Origin: Antedon mediterranea
Taxonomy: Eukaryota; Animalia; Echinodermata
Reading direction: 5' to 3'
Length of the DNA stretch: 64,000 nucleotides
Assembly: GCF_964355755.1 (NCBI RefSeq)
Contig: NC_092676.1
Coordinates: forward strand, 25,562,871-25,626,870
In this document: positions 1 to 9,853 of the stretch, piece after piece
Layout: the number at the start of each line of letters is the position of its first letter
Position numbering within the stretch: the stretch's first letter is position 1
The notes under the pieces: model-generated
What the model saw: only the letters and a program-made list of their open reading frames with translations
What the model was told of the DNA's origin: nothing
Database searches by the model: none
Position numbers and translations under genes: made by a program

Positions 1-257
1 TCCTTAGCGTTATTAACCAAAAAATCCGGTGGAAGTTCTTCTAAACCATTCATTGGAATTTGGGTTTCCCTTCTACACAAAGCACATTCAATTTTGAATT
101 CATTAGGGTCCTCTCTACATTCTTCATATTGAATTATGCATTTTAAGCAAAACGAGTGTCCACACAAAAGACGTTTAGGCTGTTCCATTTGCTCCAAACA
201 CATTTTACATTGAGTAATCTCCTTTAAAAATGTAATTGGGTCGTCTGGCTCTGCCAT
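1..257 (-). CDS. RING + coiled-coil TRIM-like protein, gene A (5' part only, cut by window edge)
   Basis: Same sequence as 15009-15265; ATG at 257-255; MAEPDDPITFLKEITQCKMC... Confidence 0.9.
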   Translation of the reverse strand, partial: MAEPDDPITFLKEITQCKMCLEQMEQPKRLLCGHSFCLKCIIQYEECREDPNEFKIECALCRRETQIPMNGLEELPPDFLVNNAK

Positions 258-815
258 GTTGTACTTACTTACGATTTAAACTTTTAGCCCTTATATAATA
301 ACTTTATAGGGAGCTGACCTGCTTTCTTCGGTAAAAACAGTAACCAGTCAAATTGATTAACGGACAACCACGTTTCGTACGTCTCACCACGTTTCAGTAC
401 AGTTTAATTATTCTGCGTTATTTCCACCACGATACATTTCCGCGCCTATATTTTGTAAGCATCAGTTTAGGTATCAGTTCGTAGACAAAGATTGTCATCT
501 AGAATAAACAAGGTCTTCCTTTTATTTATTATCAATGATGTGATTATTTATCAAAAGACAAAACTTATCTGTTACTGTCCATCGGTTTCCTACCCTAAAA
601 AACTTTCCATCGGGTAAATCCACTTGAATGTTGGATATTTGAAGATGAATATGCGTCTTTTAAACACCCCCATTTGTAATGGGTTCGTCGGTGCATGTCA
701 TTTCGTGAGTGGCTGGCCGCCACAACAATAAAACAGGTCAGATAAAAGATCTCTGAATACAATTTTCGGCATCGATTATTGTTTTCGACTTTCGACAATT
801 CATTTTCACGTCAAA
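258..815. promoter_or_regulatory. Putative bidirectional promoter between genes A and B (558 bp; copies at 15266-15823 and 30291-30848)
   Basis: Short spacer between divergent ATGs; TATA-like TATATAA near 291-298; duplicated accacgtttc motif at ~368 and ~385. Function inferred from layout. Confidence 0.55.
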
Positions 816-1943
816 ATGTCAACATACGCGGATTCGGAGGAATTGGTTAGATTTTCTACAATATGTTCAATGTGCCGTGAAACAAAGGTAGATCCCAGAC
901 TTCTTGAATGTGGTCATTCGTTTTGCTGTAATTGTTTAGATCAGAAACATAAAACCATGCAAAAGGCGAGTAAATCATTCTTTGCTGTCGATACTAACAT
1001 TAGGTGTGTTGTTTGTCATAGTTCAAGTATAATTCCTAAAAAGGGTGCTAAGGAACTTCAAAAGCCTAATTTGATTGCTACCGCAACTGAATGTTTTAAT
1101 ATAGCTCAGCAAAATGCATTCATTTTTGTTAAACTTCCAGCATGCACAAACCCTCTTCATAACGATGTCTTGTGGTGTGAAACATGTATGGTTTACATAT
1201 GCAGTAGGTGTTCACATAGGCCTAGGCGAGAAGATCATAATCAGTACTGCCACTTTAGTTCAAATATCGATTTCTTAGAGGCCCATGAAAAGGTGAAACA
1301 AAGAATACGCAAAATTGAAAGAGAAAATAAACTATTAAAAGAGTCCAATGAATCAATAGGACAAAAAAAGGAACAAAGAGCCAGGCAACAAGTACAAAAA
1401 CTTCAACGATTGAAAACACAGAGCGACAGTGACTTACAAACGGCCAAGCAACAAGTACAAGAACTTCAACGATTGAAAACACAGAGCGACCGTGACTTAC
1501 AAAGGGCCAAGCAACAAGTACAAGAACTTCAACAATTGAATGAACAAACCGAGAGTGACTTTAGAAACGCTTATGAAAGAATACAACATGTTGATTTAAC
1601 GTTGGAAAAAGTAAACCAGCTTAGAGACAATTCTGAAACACAAACTAGAGACATACACGATCTTGAACAAATAAAAGAACAAAACAATAGTGTAGTACAA
1701 AACGTAAAACAAAAAATAGAAGATCTTGAAGGTAAGATGGAAGAAATTAACCTGAAAACTTCCAGTCTTAAAGAAGATTCTGATGCTCAAACTAAAAATT
1801 TAGAAATTCTTGAAAGAAAGCAAGAACAAATTGAATTACAAGAGCACACTCAAAAAAGAAAAAAGAAAATAAATGTTTTTTCTGCAGCGAGAAATCGATT
1901 CCGAAGACGAAGACATAATTCTTTCGATGATTTCATTGGGTGA
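816..1943 (+). CDS. Intronless TRIM-like RING-B-box-coiled-coil protein, gene B (375 aa)
   Basis: C3HC4 RING CSMC..CGHSFCCNC..CVVC; B-box-like CTNPLH..WCETC..ICSRC..H; long heptad region; basic C-terminus; no C-terminal substrate domain. Confidence 0.92.
   Translation: MSTYADSEELVRFSTICSMCRETKVDPRLLECGHSFCCNCLDQKHKTMQKASKSFFAVDTNIRCVVCHSSSIIPKKGAKELQKPNLIATATECFNIAQQNAFIFVKLPACTNPLHNDVLWCETCMVYICSRCSHRPRREDHNQYCHFSSNIDFLEAHEKVKQRIRKIERENKLLKESNESIGQKKEQRARQQVQKLQRLKTQSDSDLQTAKQQVQELQRLKTQSDRDLQRAKQQVQELQQLNEQTESDFRNAYERIQHVDLTLEKVNQLRDNSETQTRDIHDLEQIKEQNNSVVQNVKQKIEDLEGKMEEINLKTSSLKEDSDAQTKNLEILERKQEQIELQEHTQKRKKKINVFSAARNRFRRRRHNSFDDFIG
1380..1570 (+). repeat. 63-bp (21-aa) coding tandem repeat x3 in gene B
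   Basis: gcca(a/g)gcaacaagtacaa(a/g)aacttcaac recurs at 1380, 1443, 1506. Confidence 0.9.
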
Positions 1944-3555
1944 AGACAGCTTGTGCGGCAAGATGCGGAGCAATCAAAACTCAAACAGTAGCCTACATTG
2001 TATTACAAATTCACGTGTAGATCTCAGTAAATTATCACATTTTGTAAATTTCAGAACAAACAATTTAGGTTCTTTGGATTTTTAGGCCATAATGTAGAGT
2101 AAATGAGTAAATAAAGTAATAAACTCCCAATTCTAAACTTGTTTTCAAAATTTAATGTAACATTATCGGAGTTTAATAATCAAATCTAGCTAAACCATGT
2201 ACGCCTACAGTTGTTTTTTTTTCCCAGTCTTTTTGCAATTGTGTGAGCTGGGACAAATATTTATTAGAAAGTCGATTAATTAAATATGTATAATTTAGTT
2301 AAATTGAAGTTTCCCTGTTGTTTGTAATAATTGGAAGCTACAATTACGTTGTTAGTATTCTTTTAAATACGATATCACCAGACGTTTTATTGTTGTTGTT
2401 TCCGGCGCGGAAAATATGGGTGCACACTGAAAGGCGGAAAAAACGATGCCAGCTCATTATTTCACTTTTTAAACAATACAAAAATGTTTAATTACAAACA
2501 TCATGTAGACCTTTCTTTTAAAACTATTTATCAAGAGTAAAAGAAATTAGAAATGTTGGGATATTTTTTGTTTAACGAAAATGTCGGGAGGAAATTGTAT
2601 TTTATCGGAAGATTATTCAAAAAAAGTAAGGTATGCTTTTCAATCAAATTTTAGAATTAATAAATTGATACTAAACTGTATATGAAGATAACTTTTATTG
2701 ACTATTGTATTATTTTTTCTCTGTGTTAGTTTCAACATCTTGCAAGCATATCATCGTATGAGTATTAACTACTAATAAACAGGTGCAATAAATTAAATTT
2801 AACCCCCATTATAGATAAGCCGATAGTTTGAATCAATAACGAGGCATATACTGACCGTATTAATTCGTAATTAATTTCTGTAATTTTTGGAAAGTGCCGA
2901 AAACGTTACAGTTAAATCAATTAACCCATATCAGGATTACTGTACATTGGTCCAATTGTTTTTTTCCCCATTAGACTGCACGCATCCGTACTGGGGTATA
3001 AAAATGACTGTAATTCATTGCACTCGAAATGTTTAAAGTTTGAAACATTATCCGCCATCCCTGGAGGGAGGTTGGAGGGTTTGGGTGGGGGAGTAATGGC
3101 GTTTCAAAATTACCGGAATCAGTGTACGAATGTTTTAAATACATTGAAAACTGCCAGGGAGAGGTTGTGGGTTGTGACGGTAATGGAGTATCAACATGGC
3201 CAGAATTACTCTGAATTTGTTTGCAGTTGTCCGATTTAGTTGGGAAACGGAAACTCATAGTCCCCCAGTCTTCATTTCATAAATCTTACTTTGTATAAAA
3301 GTACTATGTGGTTTATTCGAGTATAATATGCATATTCATTATAATTGAACATAACGATATTGCAACAAGTGATCTATAAATTGTGAACTTGCCGGTACTG
3401 TCAACAGATAAAGTGATAAAATGTCTAGATTAAAAACTAATAGCGTCAATTATGATTTCGCTTTTGATTAGGTTTATTCACAAACTATAATGTTTGTGAC
3501 TTCGTAAGAATTTACAAAGTTAAGTTGTGTTCAGGACCACCATCGGAAACTCACA

Positions 3556-3878
3556 AGTGAGTGAGTGGCCGAGCGGTTAAGACAGTGGAACCGTAATCAC
3601 GTAGCCGTAACATCGGCAGGGGTTCGAGGCTCACTCACTCCATGGTTCTGGTGGTAGAACGAGTCTTCTCGGATAAGGACTATAAACCGTAGGTCCAGTG
3701 TACACAACTTGCTCGTGTGCACTTTAAAGAACCTAGTACATCTTTCGAGACGAGTAGGGGGTTACCCCGGTGTATTAGTACATCACAGCCACTGATCACC
3801 AACTGGGCCCTCTGGGAGATCAGTCTTTGACTGAAGAGGTCACCCAGTATAAAGATAAAACAAACAAACAAACAAACA
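3556..3878 (+). mobile_element. tRNA-derived SINE with V-SINE-like core
   Basis: A box TGGCCGAGCGG, B box GGTTCGAGGC, self-complementary agtgagtgag/ctcactcact; core ggataaggactataaaccgtaggtcc...gagtagggggttaccccggtgt resembles the V domain; (CAAA)n tail. Confidence 0.8.
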
Positions 3879-4170
3879 AGACAAACATACACACAAGATG
3901 CTCTACATAAACAAAGTCTTATTACAAGTCTTTGGGAGTGGAGTTTGTCCTTAGAAAAAATCCTGACATGTGACGGGACTTGAACCCAGGACCCTTGGAG
4001 TGTTTATTTTTTGTTTGATTGTTTGTTTTATTGTTTGTTGTCCATGGTCAATATCTCATTGCTATGAGAATGTACATGTAATTTCCAGACCATATGCACT
4101 GATTATTATTATGTACCTAACTGTGTTCGTAGGGTGTACAAATAAATGAATGTTTATGATTTGAATAGGA

Positions 4171-4800
4171 AGTGTGCTCCACGAAAAAATGTTTGTACCC
4201 GCTATAGGTTAAATGTCAAAATAAGGTGTTTTTAAACATTTTGTGTATTTCTGTTGTATTAGAGCAAATATAATTATATATATTGCGAGAAATTTGAGAC
4301 TAAAATTATAACTTTCTGACTAGTGGTTGCTGAGATATTGATTTGGCTATTTTCTTGACCAATGGTCAAAAATAAAGTTTCACTGTCATTTTTTGGCAAA
4401 AGTTGTCCATTAAAGTGATAGAAATATGTATATTTTGAGTGTTTTGACACCAACTATGACCATATCTACCCACAAATTTCTGAGATATGAAAAGTGTGCT
4501 CCAAGCCAAAAATATTTGTGCCGGCTATATGTCAAAGGTCAAAATTAAGGGTTTATTGACAGTTTTATGATTTTTATTACATTAGAACAAATATAAACAT
4601 ATACTTTGCGAGTAATTTGAGACCACAATTATCACTTTCTGACCACTGGTTGCTGAGATATTTATATGTCCAATTTATTGACCAGTGGTCAGAAAAGGGG
4701 TTTCTGTCCACTTTTGGCAAAAGTTTGCCATTAGATTGAATAGAAATATGGGTCTTCTGAGTAGTTTGATAAAAAAAAATATTCCAATACACCCAGTAGT
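4171..4800. repeat. Two diverged ~320-bp tandem units (satellite-like or non-autonomous transposon interior)
   Basis: aagtgtgctcca at ~4170 and ~4492; shared tggttgctgagatatt and ttttggcaaaagtt blocks. Confidence 0.65.
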
Positions 4801-5091
4801 TACCAAGTTACGCAAAGTCTTAACTTTGACCATATTGACCTTTTGGCCCTTGTACTGACCGAGCATCCCAATTTTTTTCGGCCAACAGCAAAAAATTGAT
4901 TTGTATTGATATAAGGAAGCAAAAAAACATTGTTGGCATAGTTTGCTAGAGGGTGCAGGTAAACCCCTTGTGGCTCCCCAACTATACGTAGGTCGCACAA
5001 TCAGCATCTTGATACTACTGTACTTTATTCCTCTCTTTAAAGTGTAGACCTATAGCTAGGCCTATGTACTTAATAGCAATGTTAGATAAAC

Positions 5092-5696
5092 ATGTCGGTG
5101 ATATACAAGAATGCTAAGATCAATAGAATGCATAGAATAGATGATGGATGTGTTCTATACAGTGATACACTCAAAAAGAGTGTCGTAATGTGTAATAATA
5201 AATTTGAAGAAATATCTCAATTTGGCAAACAAATATTGAAAGTCCTCCCTAAGTGTTTTTAATTTCGATATTGACGATGGTAACCTTCTGGGTAAGATAG
5301 GTTCAAAAGGTAGTGAAGAAGGACAACTGTATATTCCACAATATGTCACCCTAATAAGGGAAGGTAATTTAATGATTACTGAGTCTGGTAATAATAGAAT
5401 ACAACTGTTTGATGCAAATGGTATGTATTTAGAAACACATATTGATCCGGGCGAAGAAGATGGGAAAGTCCTTTGTGTATAGTAATGGACACGGATGAAA
5501 ATATAATTGTATCCAGTGCTCATAAACTACAATTATTTGATAAAAAATGGTGTTTTTGTCAAACGAATAGATAATAAAGATGATGGAATTTGATGAAATT
5601 AAATTTCCATGCGGCATTACAATAATCGCTAATAGACCAAGACGACTGACAATTGCAAACTTAGGAGAAAATAATGTTAAAATATTTAATTACTAA
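5092..5696 (+). pseudogene. NHL-repeat (TRIM2/3/71-type beta-propeller) pseudogene with 48-bp deletion
   Basis: Fragments KIGSKGSEEGQLYIPQYVTL..MITESGNNRIQLFDANG and ...IANLGENNVKIFNY*; frameshifts and early stop. Confidence 0.85.
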
Positions 5697-6104
5697 ACAG
5701 TATCTTGCTTACTAAATAATTGTAAACACAACTCGAATGATCTCCAAGTGGAATATTCTGTAATCATAGAAAACAATGATACAGAAGAAAATAACAATTA
5801 CACTGTAAGATAGCAAATCCCCTTTGAACTTATCCAATGATAGACTATGGTATTTATGGTGCACTCAAAATCATATTGACAATCAATCTAGTGTAGCCTA
5901 CACACTTTATAACCAATGATAAATATTTATTTCTAATTGATAGGTCCATTTTTATATCTTTATTTGTTGTTCTAGATAGTTTATCCGATTGTATATAGTT
6001 TAATTGTTGTTTTATTAGGATCACGTGAGTAAACACTGCACATTGCAATACAGAATTATAAATTCTTATGAAACAAGTGCATGTTTGCCGACATCGTGGC
6101 AATT

Positions 6105-6195
6105 TGTTTTGAATTTCAATATTGACTATGGTAAAATTTTGGGAAAATAGGTTCAAAAGGTAAAGGGGCAACTGTATATTGCACAAGGTGTCACG
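6105..6195 (+). pseudogene. Older degenerate NHL fragment (present in every sub-repeat)
   Basis: aatttcaatattgactatggtaaaattttgggaaaataggttcaaaaggt aligns by eye with NHL aatttcgatattgacgatggtaaccttctgggtaagataggttcaaaaggt. Confidence 0.7.
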
Positions 6196-6952
6196 TGTTT
6201 GCCGAACCGCTGCACATATACCATTATAATAAAGTTGAGTATTTGTTCATTCATTTTTTATTGTTCCACATAAAGTAAGAAAAGAAAATGATCAAGAAAA
6301 AACCTGTCTTTGTTTATTTGTGGAATCTCAACTAAGCCAAAAAGAGCTTAAAGTCTGAGTTTCCAAAAGACATTAAGGGCCTACATTGTACATGGTAACG
6401 TAAAATTGCTTTCTAAAAAAAAACCAGAAAAGTCAAATAGATTTTATTAGAATATCAATAGAATAGAAAAAGTAATATATAAATTCCATTCAGAGTAAAC
6501 TTATTAACTATCTAATAAATATTAATGGATAAATATTTTTTGTATTTTTTTTTTCAAAAAGGTTAGTGATGATTTAATATTATATCCTTATTTTGTTTTA
6601 TATATCATCGACATAAAAAAAAGCTTGCATTAAATGATCACGTGAATAAACACTGCAATACCCAACCAGAGGATTTTTTTTAACATTTTTATCTAATGTT
6701 AAAAATTTATAACATAAGCACCTATAGTTATTTAAAAGGAGTCAAATAATAAAATATTAGAAACTTGTTCGTATATTGTTGTCTTTATTATTTTACACAC
6801 TCCAAAATATGGTTTATTATTTTTTAAAGGCCTATACGGTACCGTATTGTTTCCACCTATTTGGCAACATGTACACCATGACATGTTGATTGTTATGTAG
6901 GCAGACAATTTATTACTTAAGGCTATACTACAAAAAGTCAAACGTTGAAAGC

Positions 6953-7367
6953 TTAAAGGCCAGGTGCGGGCAAAACATTTCTATTGATCATACATTCCAA
7001 TAATTATCGATCTATAGTTTCCCCTATGTTTCATAATTTTTTGGGATTTTATTTGTGTTACACGAGCTTGTTGAAATTAAGCACTTTCTTATCAGTGGGG
7101 GGATAGTTCAAATTACACAGTAAAATCTCTATTCTTTTGTACACACATTTTGTAAATAGAGAGGCATTTTTTAAAAGCTATGAAAAATAAACGGTGTGGT
7201 AAAAAATGTTATCAGATGACTAAATATAGGTAATATAACTTGAATATTACATTTCTGATATTTTTATTCAACTTCAGATATTTATTTTCATGCAAAAGCA
7301 AAAATTATCCACCGTATATCCCCCATCTTTTTTCACCGTCTAGGGAGTCACAAGACATGTTATTACA
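6953..7367. mobile_element. Truncated TTAA-inserted non-autonomous DNA transposon (Kolobok-like end TTAA-AGG)
   Basis: Starts ttaaaggccaggtgcggg; absent from the corresponding site at ~42076 (gcttaa-gcaaattt). Other end not seen. Confidence 0.45.
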
Positions 7368-7570
7368 AAAAATTGATTTGTATTGATATAAGGAAGCAAA
7401 AAAACATTGTTGGCATAGTTTGGTAGAGGGTGCAGGTAAACCCCTTCTGGCTCCCCAAATATACGTAGGTCGCACAATCAGCATCTTGATACTACTGTAC
7501 TTTATTCCTCTCTTTAAAGTGTAGACCTATAGCTATAGGCCTATGTACTTAATAGCAATGTTAGATAAAC

Positions 7571-8223
7571 ATGTCGGCGATATACAAGAATGCTAAGATC
7601 AATAGAATGCATAGAATAGATGATGGATGTGTTCTATACAGTGATACACTCACAAAGAGTGTCGTAATGTGTAATAATAAATTTGAAGAAATCTCTCAAT
7701 TTGGGAAACAAATATTGAAAGTCCTCCCTAAATGTTTAACGGTTAACAATGATATTCTTATACGTAGCAGAGGCACACAGTGTTTTTAATTTCGATATTG
7801 ACGATGGTAACCTTCTGGGTAAGATAGGTTCAAAAGGTAGTGAAGAAGGACAACTGTATATTCCACAATATGTCACCCTAATAAGGGAAGGTAATTTAAT
7901 GATTACTGAGTCTGGTAATAATAGAATACAACTGTTTGATGCAAATGGTACGTATTTAGAAACACTTATTGATCCGGGCGAAGAAGATGGGAAAGTCCTT
8001 TGTGTATAGTAATGGACACGGATGAAAATATAATTGTATCCAGTGCTCATAAACTACAATTATTTGATAAAAAATGGTGTTTTTGTCAAACGAATAGATA
8101 ATAAAGATGATGGAATTTGATGAAATTAAATTTCCATGCGGCATTACAATAATCGCTAATAGACCAAGAAGACTGACAATTGCAAACTTAGGAGAAAATA
8201 ATGTTAAAATATTTAATTACTAA
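7571..8223 (+). pseudogene. NHL-repeat pseudogene (full length, several frameshifts)
   Basis: MSAIYKNAK..CLTVNNDIL / YVAEAHSVFNFDIDDGNLLGKIGSKGSEEGQL..RIQLFDANG / IVMDTDENIIVSSAHKLQLFDK / NGVFVKRID / FPCGITIIANRPRRLTIANLGENNVKIFNY*. Confidence 0.88.
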
Positions 8224-9586
8224 CCAGTATCTTGCTTACTAAATAATTGTAAACACAACTCGAATGATCTCCAAGTGGAATATTCTGTAATCATAGAAAA
8301 CAATGATACAGAAGAAAATAACAATTACACTGTAAGATAGCAAATCCCCTTTGAACTTATCCAATGATAAACTATAGTATTTATGGTGTTGGGGATTTTT
8401 TAGAAAATTTTCAAAAGATTAAGTGTTTCTTTCTGCTAATGTGTAGGTTTATTTATGTGCCGCAATTAATATTAATTGCACTCAAAATCATATTGACAAT
8501 CTACTGTACATACTTGAACCCAATGATAAATATTTATTTCTAATTTTTATATCTTTATTTGTTGTTCTAGATATTTGTATTTGTATATAGGCCTAGATTG
8601 AGTGCTGTTTTATTAGGATCGCGTGAATAAACACTGCACATTGCAATACAGAAACAAGTTTATTATCGGGGCAATTTGTTTTTAATTTCAATATTGACGA
8701 TGGTAAAATGTTGGGAAAATAGGTTCAAAAGGGGCAACTGTACAAGGTGTCACGTGTTTGTCAAAGCGCTGCATTATATACCGTTATAATAAAGTTGAGT
8801 ATTTGTTCATTCATTTTTTTATTGTTCCACATAAAGTAAGAAAAAAAAGATCAAGAAAAAACCTGATTAAGTCTTTGTTTATGTGTGGAATCTCAAATAA
8901 GCCAATGAGGTCTTTAAGGCTGAGTTTCCAAAACACATTGGGCCTACATTGTACATGGTAACGTAGAATTGCTTTCTAAAAAAAAAAGAAGAAAAAAATC
9001 CAAACAGATTTTATTTGATATCAATAGAATAGACAAAGTAAGATATAAATTCCATAGGAGTAAACTTATTAACTATCTAATCAATATTAATGGTTAAATA
9101 TTTTTGTATTTTTGTTTTAATGTTATATCCTTAATTTGTTTTGTATATCACCGACATAAAAAAAACGCTTGCATTAAATGATCACGTGAATAAACACTGC
9201 AATAACACCAGAGGATGTTGTTAATTCGCTTTTTATTTCTATAATGTTAATATATATTTTAATTATAAACATAAGCGCCTATAGTTATTTAAAGTGAGTC
9301 AAATGATACAATGTTAAACTTGTTTGTATTTTGTTTGTCTTCATTATTTTACACACTCCAAAATATGGTTGTATTATTATTGATAATGCCTTTCTGTTAT
9401 GACTTATGTTATTCGGTGAAATGATATTCACCATGTTGATTGTAGGCAGACAATAAATAATATATCGATACGATTATTATTACTTTTTAGGCCCTATACT
9501 AAAAAAAAGTCAAACGTTAAAAAATTAATTGTATTTTATTACACTTAAGTCTCATTTATATTATTGTAGCAAATTACTTTGATGTC

Positions 9587-9805
9587 CTATATTATCTTTT
9601 TCTTCTTTCGAAAGAATGATAACTTTGTTTTCCTTTATATGTCCGATAAACTCTCTTTTAATTCACTAATTTGAATGTCTAAATCTGTTTTTGTACGGGA
9701 TAACGCCGATTCAAGTTCTTTCGTCGTAGGTTCAAGATTTCGTATTTTTTCGGTAGAGTTTTGTATGTATGTGTGGCCTTGTTCGTTAGGTTTAATAATC
9801 TCTAC
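9587..9805 (-). pseudogene. 3' remnant of a C-type TRIM-like gene
   Basis: Translates VEIIKPNEQGHTYIQNSTEKIRNLEPTTKELESALSRTKTDLDIQISELKESLSDI*RKTKLSFFRKKKK, matching the gene C end IEIIKTNEQRHTAIQKATEK..RTKRDLDTQIRELKESLSDIQRKKKALSFVRKK. Confidence 0.85.
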
Positions 9806-9853
9806 TTTAAATTTTAAATGTTAAAATGTTTTAATTACTAAACAGCATTATAC

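Larger units (their letters stand above)
4890..9520. repeat. Nested ~2.5 kb NHL sub-repeat, two copies (also two in period 2 and three in period 3)
   Basis: aaaaaattgatttgtattgatataagg at ~4890 and ~7368; at ~34922, ~37400 and ~39948 in period 3. Confidence 0.9.

Noticed and set aside
600-796. NF-kB-like GGGTAAATCC (~612) and IRF-like tttcgactttc (~783) sites upstream of gene B
   Set aside because: Imperfect matches expected by chance and not evidently conserved in the C/D spacer.
2894-3258. 73-114 aa ORFs with a Cys-containing end (..FVCSCPI), possibly a decayed exon
   Set aside because: No recognisable domain; the frame differs between copies by a T-run indel; cannot support a product.
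3556-3642. tRNA gene candidate
   Set aside because: Runs directly into a SINE body and (CAAA)n tail; it is the SINE head.
5155-5617. Minus-strand ORFs MSTGYNY.. and MPHGNL.. repeated seven times
   Set aside because: Antisense shadows of the NHL pseudogene; recurrence reflects duplication only.
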